Part shown: positions 12,901 through 27,287 of the stretch, piece by piece
Layout of the letters: the number at the start of each line of letters is the position of its first letter
Numbering within the stretch: the stretch's first letter is position 1
NCBI GenBank assembly: GCA_951406725.2
Contig: OX597816.1
Coordinates: 23,622,001 to 23,686,000 of the forward strand
Length of the DNA stretch: 64,000 nucleotides
Reading direction: 5' to 3'
From: Octopus vulgaris
Taxonomy: Eukaryota
Notes under the pieces: model-generated
The model's input: only the letters and a program-made list of their open reading frames with translations
Database searches by the model: none
What the model was told of the DNA's origin: nothing
Translations under genes and position numbers: made by a program

Positions 12901-13394
12901 TAGCCTTGTAGTTGACAATGTCGTCGTTGTTGTTGCTGTCATTGTTGCTGACGTCAAAGTTGTCATCATCGTCATCGAGGTGCTATCGTCGTCGCTGTTG
13001 TTGTCGTGGTTTCAATTATGGTTGCAATTATTGTTTCAGACCATTGCCGTAAGCGTAAAAGTATGTTGAGAAGCAATTTTTAAACATAGTGTATCTAGGA
13101 CTATATTGTCTAATGTGTGCTTCATTAATTTTTTTGTTGTCGCTTCTAAAGATATATAGGAGTGACTTAAGGATAAATTGGAAAGCCTCCGTAGCAACGT
13201 GAGTGACACCACGGAAATTAATTCGTTCCTTCTCCTTTGATAAAAGTTTTAATTGCGTCTTTTTACATTAACGAGTCTGTTACGAGCCCTTAGAGCCTAC
13301 TATCTTCAATTTAGAAGGGAACATTGAATAAAGTAGTCCTAGGGGTACAATACCCGAGAGGAGACTGGACTAGTTATACCTGGAATGTCTTATA

Positions 13395-13627
13395 TATTTC
13401 TTTACTACCCACAAGGGGCTAAACATAGAGGGACAGACAAAGACAGACAAAGGGATTAAGTCGATTACATCGACCCCCAGTGCGTAACTAGTACTTTATT
13501 TATCGACCCAGAAAGAATGAAAGGCAAAGTCGACCTCGGCGGAATTTGAACTCAGAACGTAACGGCAGACGAAATACGGCTACGCATTTCGTCCGGCATG
13601 CTAACGATTCTGCCAGCTCGCCGCCTT
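13395..13627 (-). mobile_element. SINE family 2 monomer with tail A
   Basis: Homology to 62281-62512. Confidence 0.9.
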
Positions 13628-14315
13628 ATATCGTGCGTCTGGTCACTCAAAATAAATTGCGAGTCAGTAACGATGTTAACGAGATAAATTAGGGTGATGC
13701 TTTTATAATTAGGAATTGGAAATTTAAAGTAATGCCGTTGTTAGTACAGTAATCGCAAACACATTTGAAAGAGAACGCATCCTTACCCTTACTCACACAC
13801 ATACATATGAACAAGTATATATATACGTGCGTGGAAACATACATGCAAACACATTTAGATATGATGGCTGCCAACTCGTTAAACAAGTATGGATGACTAA
13901 ATAAAGTGTATCACAGTATTATATGCTGTGAGAAAGACAATAGCTCTTGAATCCTGCCAACGACTGACAGAAGTTGTTGAAGGTTCGACATTCATAGAAA
14001 TTCTTCTGAGTTTTTGATAGTTCCAGATCATTCTCATGCTTGTGCACTCTGATATCTTCATAGCTACATATATACGTTAGATACTAATTAAAATAATAAG
14101 TACTCAACACTGAAAAAGTGGAAAAACAATTTTTGAAAATTAAATTTATTTTTCTAGTACCTAAGATTGCATACTGACGGAGATTGGCGTTTTTCAACCA
14201 GAATGACAAGTGACATTTCACCATGTTAACGAGAATGAGTGTGAGAGAGAGAGACAGTATGTATGAATGTATGTATATTAATGCACGAGGTTCTATATTC
14301 ATCTGTGTATACTTC

Positions 14316-14374
<59 letters not shown>

Positions 14375-14381
14375 TACGATG

Positions 14382-14583
14382 ATATACATAATTATAACAA
14401 GAACTTAGCTTGTGCCTTACCACGCACTGAAAACTAGACGCCAAAAGACACTGTTACCACCATAAATTCTCTGAGAAAAACATACACTTCTCGGAGAATT
14501 TATGGTGGTAACAGTGTCTTTTGACGTCTATTTTTCAGTGCATGATGAGGCAGAAGCCAAGCCCTTGTTATAATTATGTATAT
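14382..14583. repeat. Fold-back inverted repeat (96-bp arms, 10-nt loop), MITE-like
   Basis: AAAAGACACTGTTACCACCATAAATTCTC pairs perfectly with GAGAATTTATGGTGGTAACAGTGTCTTTT; the ends TATACATAATTATAACAAG/CTTGTTATAATTATGTATA also pair. Confidence 0.9.
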
Positions 14584-14629
14584 AATTATAAAATATTTAT
14601 AAAATTTACCTATGTGGTTTTATTTCCAC

Positions 14630-15280
14630 GCTGACCACTTGGTAAAAATCATTGCTGATTTTACCCTTACACCTTGAATACTGCTGCCCACTGTGGTCTC
14701 CCCATACAAGACAAAACATCTCCAGAATTGAGTCTTCCCAGAGGGCACTCACTAAACGAATTGAAGGCATGGCCGCTCTCGATTATTGGGATCGCCTTAA
14801 AGCCTTGAAACTTTACTCCCTCCAGCGTCGCCGTGAGCGGTACATCATTTGTATGATGTGGAGAATATACCGCCAACTTTGCCCAAACGACCTTAACATT
14901 AGCTTCAAGGTTCATCCAAGACTGGGACCACGGGCCATACGACCCCTGCCCAGTTCAAGATCACAACATACATGTACATTGCAACATAATTTCTTTTCCT
15001 CAACAGGCCCTGCCCTATTTAACATTGTCCCGAAGGAGATCAAAGAGAAAAAGGATCCCATCAACTTTAAACGGAGTCTGGATAGATTCCTTCAAAGAAT
15101 ACCAGATAAGCCACCCATAATTGGATACAACTCACCCAACAAGAACTCACTATTTTAACAAAACTTGCCTTAAACAGGATTCGCATAATCCTATCAGGTG
15201 GTGCTATTAAGTTAGACATGGCCTGGACCAATCTTTGGTCGAAACAAATCTAAGTTTATCTAAGTTTATCTAAGTTTATC
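14630..15280 (+). mobile_element. CR1-group LINE, 5'-truncated 3' fragment
   Basis: ORF 14652-15158 reads HLEYCCPLWSP..QRALTKRIEGM..YWDRLKALKLYSLQRRRERY..GPALFN; a 3' stem-loop and (TAAGTTTATC)3 tail follow. Confidence 0.9.
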
Positions 15281-15349
<69 letters not shown>

Positions 15350-15356
<7 letters not shown>

Positions 15357-15549
15357 TATATTAAATTAGAGACAAAACCACTATTAGGCAAATCAAACAA
15401 TGAAAAACTTCAGCCAATACATATGATTAATTTATATTATTTAAATATATTATTTAAATATATAACAAAATTATTAAAAAAATATAATTAATTTCACACT
15501 ACGATCGTTTCATGCCTGCTAACTTCTTCAAATTTTTGAGTCGCAGTCA

Positions 15550-15554
<5 letters not shown>
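15350..15554 (-). mobile_element. PLE terminal-repeat-like fragment with a 5'-truncated hammerhead (15495-15554)
   Basis: ..AUGA-AUGACUGC[long stem II]GCAGGCAU-GAAA-CGAUCG-UA|GUG with palindromic stem III; the CUG of the core is replaced by (TA)n. Confidence 0.55.
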
Positions 15555-15589
<35 letters not shown>

Positions 15590-15595
<6 letters not shown>

Positions 15596-15770
15596 ATCCA
15601 AACATGGACGTGGAACAACTATAGTGTTATTGGACGCTCAGGAAAGGACAGAAAGAAGGAGAATTTAACGTTTCGATCGGAGCTCTTCGTCAGAAACATA
15701 GAAAAAGGAAAGGTCCAAGGCAGGGCAGACGGAGAAAGAAAATCGCCAACGATACACACGGTCACATATT
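15590..15770 (-). mobile_element. H1 repeat with hammerhead motif (15663-15697)
   Basis: GUUU-CUGACGA-A-GAGC(UCC)GAUC-GAAA-CG-UU|AAAU; abuts (TA)n. Confidence 0.8.
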
Positions 15771-16243
15771 GTATATGATTATATGATGAATCGAGTTTAA
15801 TGCTTGTAATGAAGACATCAAAATCGCATTTCATCATTAGCTAAACGAAGTTACTATACTAAGCGTTGAGGAAACTCATTTGGAACGCGGTGGCATTATG
15901 TATCAGCATCAACTCACGAATGGTAAACATCACAAATTCAAGCCCCAGCCCCGATCCCTATGAACTCAGCAATAATATAGCACAGTGAGGGCGAATCTGA
16001 TAAGTAAGACTACATTACAAAGCCTAAAGTTTCATTAATTTTAGAGCATTCACAAGAACCAGAATTTGAAAATGTAAATAATTATCTCCATCCGCAAAAG
16101 ATCATACTATACTAATGATATTCAAAACCTGAAATAAAATTCAAAATCTTATATGAATTTGTACGCCATGGGGAGGTGTGATTAGTAACCTGTCGAAATG
16201 AATTTTCCTTCATAACTCGAAAAATAATATCACAATAAGTTGT

Positions 16244-16369
<126 letters not shown>

Positions 16370-16744
16370 CTTTCTGCAAGGCACAAATTACTTTAAAGAT
16401 GGCCATATAGAATGATGCAGCTGCAACACAAGTAATTGAAATTGCATCTAAAATATATTATCTGACACTTGACAATCTAACAAACAATAAAACAATATTA
16501 CTAAGACCATTTAAGGCGTCAAGCTGACGGAATTGTTAACATGCCGGGAAAACTGCTTAGCGGTATTTCGTCCGTCTCTACATTCTGAGCTCAAATTCTG
16601 CCGCGGTGAATTTATTTCAGAATCGATAAAATAAGTACCAGTTGAATACTGGGATCGATGTAATTGATTTACCCACTCACCCAAAATTGCTGGCCTTGTG
16701 CCAAAAGTTTGAATCAATATGACCAAGATTACAGTTATCACCTC

Positions 16745-16819
<75 letters not shown>

Positions 16820-16999
16820 CTGACGAGACAGGCCAGTGGCAAATAGATTTAATTTAATTTAATTAAATCGGTTTGCCAATATGTATGTCGAAACTATGCA
16901 TAGTCCAAAGATGATAAGGATAAATGTTTTTTATTTTCCTTTGGTTTCTGAATTACAACTATTTAGCGGTTTGAGTTTAGCTGCTCTTTCTACTGGGTC

Positions 17000-17038
<39 letters not shown>

Positions 17039-17292
17039 TGTACATATACATTTAGGAGTGGCTGTGTGGTAAGTAGCTTGCTTACCAACCACATGGTTCC
17101 GGGTTCAGTCACACTGCGTGGCACCTAATAAATGCCGATGGAAATGTCTGGTAGACTTACCAATTCTGATCTCTTGCTCAAAGTTGGAAAAGGTCATAAC
17201 GGAATAATATATTTTTTCAAGAACTAATGATCACTCCTACAATTATTAACGTAGGTCGTGCGTGTTTTATAATGGACCAAATGATTTTATAA

Positions 17293-18290
17293 TTGTAACT
17301 ATTACCATCTCTTAAACTCCAAATATAGATGGAAAGTGAGGTGGGGAGTTATCTTTAACAGTTGCTGAATGTATACATATATAGACAGAATCGGTTTTAG
17401 CTCGGTTAGCTCACGCCTAAAAAAAATCATACTCATGAGAGAGTCGGTATTAGGCTTGTTGAAACTACGTAGACAAGAAAAGTTTTTGATTGTAATAACA
17501 GGCAAGATGTTCTTGGCACTTTGACAGGTGATTTTGTTCGATAGAAAGCTACCAATCCATTTGCTTGGATTATGAACAGGAATATAAATATGAAAATATA
17601 CCATCTTCTGCTTCAACACCCCATACTTTGCTCGAATTATTAAGAATTTCTAATAGTGATGCAAGGCTAGAAATTTGGAGGGACATAGTCGATTGAATCT
17701 TCATTACTAATTAACTGATGCTTATTTTACTGTGCCTGGAAGAATGAAAGCAAAGTCTTTGAAAATAAAAGTCTTAAATAAAAAAGGAACAAATCTGATA
17801 AAATATTACGATATACAAATCAACAGAATCGTCACGACTGGATCGTTTTGGCTCTTATCTGTGTTCGATCAATGTTGATGTGAGTTTAAACCACGATATG
17901 GACAAGCTTCTTCAAGAAGCAGGCTGCATGGAACATGAATCTTAATCAGGCGGACTGAACAACTGAAAGAAATGAACGGTAATTTTTCGTTAGGGACGCC
18001 GTTCAGAAAGACTGGTCGGTCACATATTTCACGTAATGTTTAAACTCTTAACACTAACCGCCAAATCTAGTCAGTCAGTGTGAGATGTGATGTTCTAAAT
18101 GCCTAGGTTAGTTAGCTTTTATGTATTGATAAAACTCCAGTAGTATACAATGGATATTTAAGATGAAATCCTCTATAATTTTCTAATGCTTGTAACTATT
18201 ACCATCTCTTAAACTCCAGATATAGCTGAAAAGTGAGGTGTTGAGTTATCTCTAACAGTCGCTGAATGTATAAATATATAGAGAGAATCG
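17293..18290 (+). repeat. 101-bp direct repeat pair (17293-17393 and 18190-18290)
   Basis: TTGTAACTATTACCATCTCTTAAACTCCA...GCTGAATGTATA.ATATATAGA.AGAATCG occurs in both copies. Confidence 0.85.
17400..17640 (-). pseudogene. Decayed LINE RT fragment
   Basis: SKVW..LKQKMVYF.I....KWIGSFLSNK resembles FDKVWH..LL.KL..YGI....WI.SFLSNR. Confidence 0.4.
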
Positions 18291-18741
18291 AACGAAACTT
18301 CACTATGCAACGACTAGGAATATATCAATATTTTCAGGAACGAGTACTGCACATATTTTTCTCTATTCTTTTCACGAAGTTACATATTGTATTTCAAAGT
18401 AACTTCCGGTTATACTTCAACTTCCTATAAAGTTTCTAAACGAAGTTATTCTCATTCTCTATTGAATCTCCTACAACTTTATGATAGCTTTAGTCTGCCT
18501 CAGATGTTTCTATTCATTACACTTTCCTAAACGTGTCTTCAATTTCTAAAAATTTCATGACTCAGCACACACACACGCACGCATGCGCACACATGCATAC
18601 ATCTGAAAACAAAGAAGAACCACCTTACACACTCGAAACGCAAATACACACGCACAGTTCTATGTACGCAAACATTTTGAACACGTATGAGTGCATACAA
18701 ATATGAATGTACGATTCAATGTTCATACTTATAATGAGGTG

Positions 18742-18777
<36 letters not shown>

Positions 18778-19073
18778 TTATGTATATGTGTATATATATA
18801 ATCGAAATGTACTGCATTATCCATCCATTATATATATATATACTTTCATGTGTGCATATATGTATGCATGTATCTACATATTAGCGTTGAGTATGCGCAC
18901 AAGTTTTATTCAACTACATGCTTGTTAACCAGGTATAAGTGTGTGTAAATATATGAATGTAGGTATTTACATTGGTGTATATTGATAATGTATATCTGAA
19001 TTTACGCATCTACCTATTTATATATATGTATGCGTGAGTTTTGCTGTTGCATATATACACACATATGCATATA

Positions 19074-19113
<40 letters not shown>

Positions 19114-19672
19114 TGTAGAAATGTATGTATATATATGCATGCATGTATATATATACATACATGCATACATACATACATACATACATACATACATACATAC
19201 ATACATACATACATACATACATACATACGTACATATATGTATATGTGTACATGTTTGTATGTATGCACGTATTAGATTCGTATATGCATGCCAATATATG
19301 ATTCCTTACAAGGATGAGAATAACATCAATACATCTAGGTATGTTAATATATATATATATATATATACTTTCATTGATATATACACTCTTTTTTATATAT
19401 ATGCATGTTTATTTCTTAGCATGCGCCGTACATGTTGGCACGTAATTTTATGACTGGATAGAAAAAAGAGCTGTAACTATGCACACGCCTGTGAATATTT
19501 GCACGAAAGCATATTCATATAAATATTTGCATATACTGGAGTATATTTGCATGGCAATATTGGAACATCTCTACGCATTCACTTTTTCACGTTAATATAT
19601 ATATGTGTGTGTGTGTATACATATATACATATACATACATATATATATATACATATACATACATATATATAT

Positions 19673-19712
<40 letters not shown>

Positions 19713-19753
19713 GATACATATATATATATACATATATATTTATATATATACAC

Positions 19754-19784
<31 letters not shown>

Positions 19785-19820
19785 AGCATGCATACACATT
19801 TATGTACACTAATAAATATA

Positions 19821-19863
<43 letters not shown>

Positions 19864-20040
19864 CACACGCACACACACATTTAGGTACTCTATATAAATA
19901 CATACATATATATATGTTAAGTGTGTGTGGCGTATGTATGCATGTATACATATATATTTATATATACATGTATGTATATATATGTGTATATATATGTAGA
20001 TACATATATATATACAAGTATAGATATGTATATGTATATT

Positions 20041-20071
<31 letters not shown>

Positions 20072-21529
20072 GCATACATACTCTAAGTGCGTAATTCAAT
20101 TAGCAACTGTCTATATGTATGCATGTATTCATGTATGTGTGTGTGCGCGTACACGCGTGTATATAGATATATAACATCAGGGAGGTAAAGGAACAAGAGA
20201 GAAATATATACGTGCGTGTGCACATCCAGGTGTGTGCGCGTTCAGGTGTGTGTGTGTGCGTGTTTCTATGCATGTGTATGTGTGTCTTTGAGTCTCTGTA
20301 TTCACATGCGTTCATTGAAATATTTTTCTTTGTTATGTTATAGAAACGTAGAGAAGAGAATGGGTTATGTATTAAAACTTGAGGTATCTTCCTTTCTCTG
20401 CTATCTTGTTACTGTCAGTTGTTCATGTCGGAACGGGCTTTTGTCTTTCATTTCTTCTGAGTTGATAAGATATACCTGTAAACATTCCACTATACACCCT
20501 CCTTACCCAACGCCGCTACCCTTTTGCAAACAAAAGGAACAGTATCTAAATTCACTCAAAGAAAATATCATTTATTGAGATTTTGTTATATCACGAATTA
20601 TGAAACGAGATATTCCTAAGATTCTATCTGAAATCTACGTTTTGTTTTTATGATTTTATATTTTAAGCTTTTCCATGATTAAAAGAACAACAATATTAGT
20701 GTTAAATTAATGTTGTTACAAGACCAGCGAATTGGGTGGGGCGGGGGGCTGAGTCGATTGCATCGACCTCAGCTATTAAACTGGTACTTATTTTGTCGAC
20801 CCCGAAAGGATGAAAGGCTAAGTTAACCTCGTGGGTATTTTGTCTCCTTGGTGGGAAATGTCTCCTTCATTAACCAGATTAATTTACAAACATCTGATTA
20901 ATTATCTTTGTCTATTACCTTTACCTTGTTTCAAGGAGGTAATAAACAAAACCACACCGGTTGTTGTCCGGTACGAGGACAAACTCGGACACAATGACAC
21001 GCATACACAAAGACGAGCCACTCACACAGTTTCTTATTTCTTTATTGCTCACAAGGGGCTAAACACAGAGGGGACAAACAAGGACAGAAAAACGGATTAA
21101 GTCGATTACATCGACCCCAGTGCGTAACTGGTAATTAATTTATCGACCCCGAAAGGATGAAAGGCAAAGTCGACCTCGGCGGAATTTGAACTTAGAACGT
21201 AGCGGCAGAGAATAGTGTTCCTATATTGGTGGTTGTCACTACCATTTAACCCTTGTCCATTTCAACCTTGCGTCCATGAGGCATCCGCCTTCAGTAAGTC
21301 AGTAAAGTCGACCTCGGCGGAATTTGAACTCAGAACGTAAAGACAGACGAAATACCGCTAAGCATTACGCCCGGCGTGCTTAATAGTTCAGCCAGCTCGA
21401 CACCTTAAAATGTAAAGACGGACGAAATCCTGCTAAGCATTTCTGCCAGTTCGATGCCTTGGAATGTCATTAAGCCTTCTTTTGTCTAACTCGTTAGCGA
21501 TTCTGCCTGCTCGGGGCCTTAATAATTCT

Positions 21530-22255
<726 letters not shown>

Positions 22256-22460
22256 TATCGACCCCAAATGGATGAAAAGCAAGGTCAACCTCGGCGGAAT
22301 TTGAAATCCGAAAGTAAAAAATGAACGGAAGCATTATCGCTAAACATTCCTTACTCTGACGCTCAGTCCCATAATAATAATAATAATGGTTTCAAATTTA
22401 GCACAAGGCCAGCAAGTTTGGGAGAGCGGGTATGTTAATTACATCGACCCCAGTGTTCAA

Positions 22461-23680
22461 CAGAGTAAAGCATAGTAAAGCAGCTTGGCACAAGTTGATT
22501 TTAAACTCTGATCTGCATGCGCACTAAGTTTTAACGTCCTAGCTCAATTCCGCTGTTTACAGCAGTGCTTGGAAGGAAGGTGTGTAGCATGCGACCGTCG
22601 CATTTACCATGACAGTGAAAGTTGAGCAGGGAATATTGTGAAGAGCTTGGCGATATCTGCTCGGAGGCCTACGCAAAGTTTTCATCGTTCTCGACACAGG
22701 CGCAGGAGTGGCTGTGTGGTAAAGTAGCTTGCTAACCAACCACATGGTTCCGGGTTCAGTCCCACTGCGTGGCATCTTGGGCAAGTGTCTTCTGCTATAG
22801 CCCCGGGCCGACCAATGCCTTGTGAGTGGATTTGGTAGACGGAAACTGAAAGAAGCCTGTCGTATATGTGTATATGTATGTGTGTGTTTGTGTGTATGTG
22901 TTTGTCCCCCTAGCATTGCTTGACAACCGATGCTGGTGTGTTTACCTCCCCGTCACTTAGCGGTTCGGCAAAATAGACCGATAGAATAAGTACTGGGCTT
23001 ACAAAGAATAAGTCCCGGGGTCGATTTGCTCGACCAAAGGCGGTGCTCCAGCATGGCCGCAGTCAAATGACTGAAACAAGTAAAAGAGTAAAGAGTCAAT
23101 GAGATCTGCAATTGAAACCCGAGTGACCTTTTTGGTCATCTGAAAGCAGTTTTGGCACAAGCTTGGCAGACATGCGTCTCATACCCAAATCTTCAGAGAT
23201 AATAAACTGAACTGAACCGTAACCAATCTGCAAATCCTCTGATAACTCATGGATGGTGATTCGCCGATTTCCACTCACAGCTGAACGCACATCTGCGATG
23301 TTTTTCTCAGTTCTGCTTGTTGCCGTCTCCCAGAACGTTCGTCAATATCGACATTCTTTTTGCCATCTTGGAAGCGTCTGAAAGACTCATACACTTGTTT
23401 GTGGCTCATACACTCCTCTTCATACAATTTCTGCAACTTTGCGTAGGCCTCTGCGCAGATATCACCATGACAAGTTTCTCTATCATGGTCAATTCGACGA
23501 TCACACGCCACACACCTTCCTTCCAAGCACTGCTGTAAATAGTGGAAGTGAGCCAGAACGTTAAAATTCAGTGCAAATGCACAGCAGAGTTCAAGGTCAA
23601 TCTTTGCCAAGTGGCTTTACTCTGCGGGCTTTAGCTTCGTTATTATGGCAACATTCCGGATACTTATTGATCAGACCTCG
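22461..23680 (-). mobile_element. Mariner transposon derivative: 5' half plus an inverted 5' copy, interrupted by a SINE
   Basis: TIR CGAGGTCTGATCAATAAGTATCCGGA ends at 23680 with flanking TA. Frameshifted HTH region VYESFRRFQDGKKNVDIDERSGR..NRRITIHELSEDLQIGYGSVQFIISEDLGMRRMSAKLVPKLL. 22461-22680 is an inverted copy of about 23435-23625. Confidence 0.85.
22698..23096 (+). mobile_element. SINE family 1, full-length reference copy
   Basis: Head GGAGTGGCTGTGTGG..GGTTCAGTCCC, CORE-like CTTGGGCAAGTGTCTT, tail GGCGGTGCTCCAGCATGGCCGCAGTCAAATGACTGAAAC(AAGTAAAAG)n. Confidence 0.9.
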
Positions 23681-24519
23681 TAGAGCTAACGGAAGGATCG
23701 CCTCCGGTGGTATTCGAAATCGGAGTGATGTTAGATATAAATACTGAAATATATCATAATACTGTGCTTTATGGTTTTAATTATGATTTATCACATAAGG
23801 TGAACAACGTTTGGAGTCAACAACGAAATTAGATGTTGCTAGAATATGCTTCTCTCAAAATCAATGATGTATGGGATTTATAGAAAAAGTGGGAGAAAAA
23901 AATGTAGTATAAGAAAATGTGAATTTGTTGTAAAGAAAATAATAATCCTTCTGAAAATTTGAAAATAAGGGTAGATATGTTTATGCAGTTGCTTATATTT
24001 AATACATGATGTCTTACCTTGTTGCTTAGCAGTTTCAACTTCTCTGCACTGAGATGAAAAAAAAATTCAACTTCAGAATTGTATTGCGAAAGACAAACTC
24101 ACGCTTCGATCAGTTTTTATAAAGAAAATTTTATTAAATATATTTTGTATTTCAGCTTTCCTGTGTAAGCAGCGAAAGAAAAAGAAAGAAAATATTTGCT
24201 TTGTCGCAATGGTAATTTCTATTCATTTCCAATCGATTTCAAGACAGATATTGCATATAACTTCTATTTTATCTTTCTTTATTATATTTCTATCTTTAAT
24301 ATTTCATTTCTTTCCTATTTTTTTTTTTTTTTTTACATTTTTATACGCTACATCATTTTCTAATGACAAGCCTAGTAATTTTTCAAACTCTCACTGGTAA
24401 ATAAAAATAGAAATAGAAATAATTTAATGTTCAATTTGAACTTTGGACAGTTTAGAGGTTCATAAAAATATTTCTACAGAGTGAAAATCATTTTTTACGC
24501 TTTCCAACAACAGATAGTG

Positions 24520-24920
24520 TCATGGCCTTTACAGTTCCTTCAAGACTTGTCAGATTAATATGTTTGAAGTTCAGCTGAACCGGCTGTAAATCGATGTCTG
24601 TGGAGAAAACGTTGATGGGAAAAAGATTCCAGAGGGGCGGCTGTGGAGGAAAGATTAAAGTAATTTATTAGAGAAAAATCTATGAAGATGAAACGCAGAA
24701 TGAGATTACTGCGGCGAAAAAGCATAAAAGGAATCGTTTGGAGTTGTTGACAGAAAAGCAGAGAAAATGGCAACTACTCTGTCTACTGTGGGTTGGTGTG
24801 TATTGTATGTCAGCCCTTGTCGATCGGGTGGGTGGACAAAGCTTGGATGTTGTCAAATACGTTTTTGACGTTCCAGATTTTGGAAGCAGAATTCTATTGT
24901 AAGTCTCTCTCTCGGGTCCT
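24520..24920 (-). pseudogene. Old LINE (CR1/Jockey group) ORF2 C-terminal relic
   Basis: Frameshifted IEFC..KIW..VFDNIQ..HQPTVDRVVA..LWNLFPINVFSTDIDLQPVQLNFKHINL parallels EYCSHIW..LDRIQ..LQPL..RR.V..LWN.LP..VFP...DLQ.FK. Confidence 0.55.
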
Positions 24921-24983
24921 GAAGTGTTTTCTGGCTTTTGCTATGTTCTGAATGTAAAAATGTACATATTATTTATTTTTATT

Positions 24984-25292
24984 TATGCGCCTTTTTCAAG
25001 CCTAGCCATACTCATGGGCTCGGTTTCCCGGTTTCTGTGGCGTATGTGTTCCCCCCCCCAGCTGGACGGGACGCCAGTCCATCGCAGCGTTACTCAAGAA
25101 ACAGGAAGAGAGAGTGAGAAAAGGTTGGGGCGAAAGAGTACAACAGGGGTCGCTACCACCCCCTACCGGAGCCTCGAGAAGATTTAGGTGTTTTCACTCA
25201 ATAAACACACACAACGCCAGGTCTGGGAATCGAAACCGCGATCCTCCGACCGTGAGTCCGCTGCCCTAACAACTGGGACATTGCACCTCCAC
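24984..25292 (-). mobile_element. SINE family 4 head joined to the family 3 tail
   Basis: Tail GAGTAACGCTGCGATGGACTGGCGTCCCGTCCAGCTGGG..AAAAGGCGCAT is shared with 43557-44052. Confidence 0.85.
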
Positions 25293-26647
25293 AAAATGTA
25301 CATATGTGAATAACTATTTTTAAGCATCTGCTGTACATGTTGACATGTATTTTAATGAATGTATAGAAAAAAATATAGCCAAATAAATATGCATACACTT
25401 CTGAATATTTACACAAAAGCATATGAACATAAATATTTGCATATGTTTGGGTTTATTTGCATGGCAATATTTGAACGTCTTTATGTACTGACTTTTGGGA
25501 TTATAATATGTATGATAATTCTGAAGTTTAGAATTTGAGGTGCATTGAGAGCTGAAATTATTTTTTCTATGTATAGAAAGTATGACACGAAATTGTTTTC
25601 TTGATATGTTCAGTGACTATGCCTAGGTACTGTTGAAGGAGACAAGATTCTTATATCACTAATGGAGAATATTTTCGTAGTTTCTGTTCACAGTCGCAGT
25701 GCAGGTATTTTCAGAAGTATTTTCACAAATGTCCCCTCTGTGTTTAGCCCCTTGTGGGTAGTAAAGATATATGAGATGAAACTTTTCGAAGGGATTTGGT
25801 GTAGAATTACGAGATACCTAAAATGTAGGATTGGATTACAAACGAGTGGCAAACGCGGAACCCTTCTCTTTGGAGATAACTATTTACGGAGTTATCATGT
25901 ATGAGAATCAGTAAGAGGATTCTGTAAAGTCGTAGGACTTATTTCGGAAAGATATCAAAATATTGCCGGCCGAGATCTCAGCTAGCAAATGTCAGTAGCA
26001 AAATCGCTAAAGTGCTCAAAAGTGTCAGTTTAGTGCATCAGCATTGGCGAGTTAGTGGTACCACTAAAACATTAATCATGAAGATAAATACCCCCCAGCA
26101 TTGGACCGCTCTATCCTATATTTACCCTTTAGTATACTTGCTTTTCCAGTATGCTATTAAGATGTGCCTTAAAATTATACGTAACCCTATTATGTACAGG
26201 ATGACTGAACTGTAGTGTGTTGACCTGACTTTTGTGATGGATTTTTTATATATACTCCTCCAATTCTGAAGTTTTTGATGATTGTAAACCTATTTTACGT
26301 ATAAATTTCATTCGTTGACACGGTTTGTAAATGTGGGAATCGTAAGCATATCTCTGTATACTCGTCTGTTTTCTCACTCATCTTGGTATCGTATGCTTTT
26401 ATTAATTTTGCGTTGTTCCTATTTGTTTTGTGCTCGGCCCTTGTGGCCAATAAAGAAACGATTATTATTTTTTTTTTTACTTCTTCTTTCAAGTTTGCTT
26501 CCATTTCTTGCCGAGTGTCTTCCCGACTCCTAGGGAAAAGAAACTCATAGTATACATTGGTAGGCCATTAAACTAAACTCACTAGTTCGTTCTTTTTTTT
26601 TTTTTGATAGAAATAAAGTTAAATTAAAATACATGGGTAGTAATAGT

Positions 26648-26680
<33 letters not shown>

Positions 26681-26746
26681 TATTATTATTATTATTATCT
26701 CATTTTATTTTAAAAAGGATTGACGTAACCCTTCACAAAGGTAAAC

Positions 26747-27287
26747 AGTCAAGACGAAGAGCGCGATTCGATTGTAAGATATTTTAGTAGTTGAACGATA
26801 TTTCAACAGTAAGTCTTTCTTCGTCAAGTTGAAAATAAGTGATAAAAATTCATAATTACAGAAATTTAAACGTAAAGTATGAACGAGAGCAACCAGTGTC
26901 CACACGTTGATGGAATGACATCGTCAGTTTTTAAGTTTCAATTTTATAACAGGCAAAAAGAAAAAGACAGAAAAAAACAGAAAAAAGAAGACGACAGAAA
27001 AAAAGAAAGAAAAATATTTAATCAAACATTTTTTCTGTCGTCTTCTTTTTTCTGTTTTGTTCTGTCTTTTTCTTTTCGCCTGTTATAAAATTGTAACTTA
27101 AAAACTGAGGATGTCATTCCATCAACGTGTGGACGCTGGTTGCTCTCCTTCATACTTTACGTTTAAATTTCTGTAACTTTGAAATTTTATCGTTTCTTGT
27201 TTTGAACTCGACAAAGACAAACTTACTGTCGAAATATCGTTCAACCAATAAAATATATTACAATCGAATCGCGCTCTTCGTCTTGAC

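Noticed and set aside
12392-13069. 225-aa poly-Ile ORF and the many YI/HT/CV/LSIY repeat ORFs in the track
   Set aside because: These are translations of microsatellites that lack stop codons by composition.
24594-24898. Plus-strand exon-like frame MSVEKTL..IY*RKIYEDE..KWQLLCLLWVGVYCMSAL.. with an in-frame TAG (tempting A-to-I stop rescue) and a GTAAGT donor
   Set aside because: The minus strand shows ordered LINE ORF2 C-terminal motifs over the same interval, so the frame is better explained as antisense of a decayed LINE.
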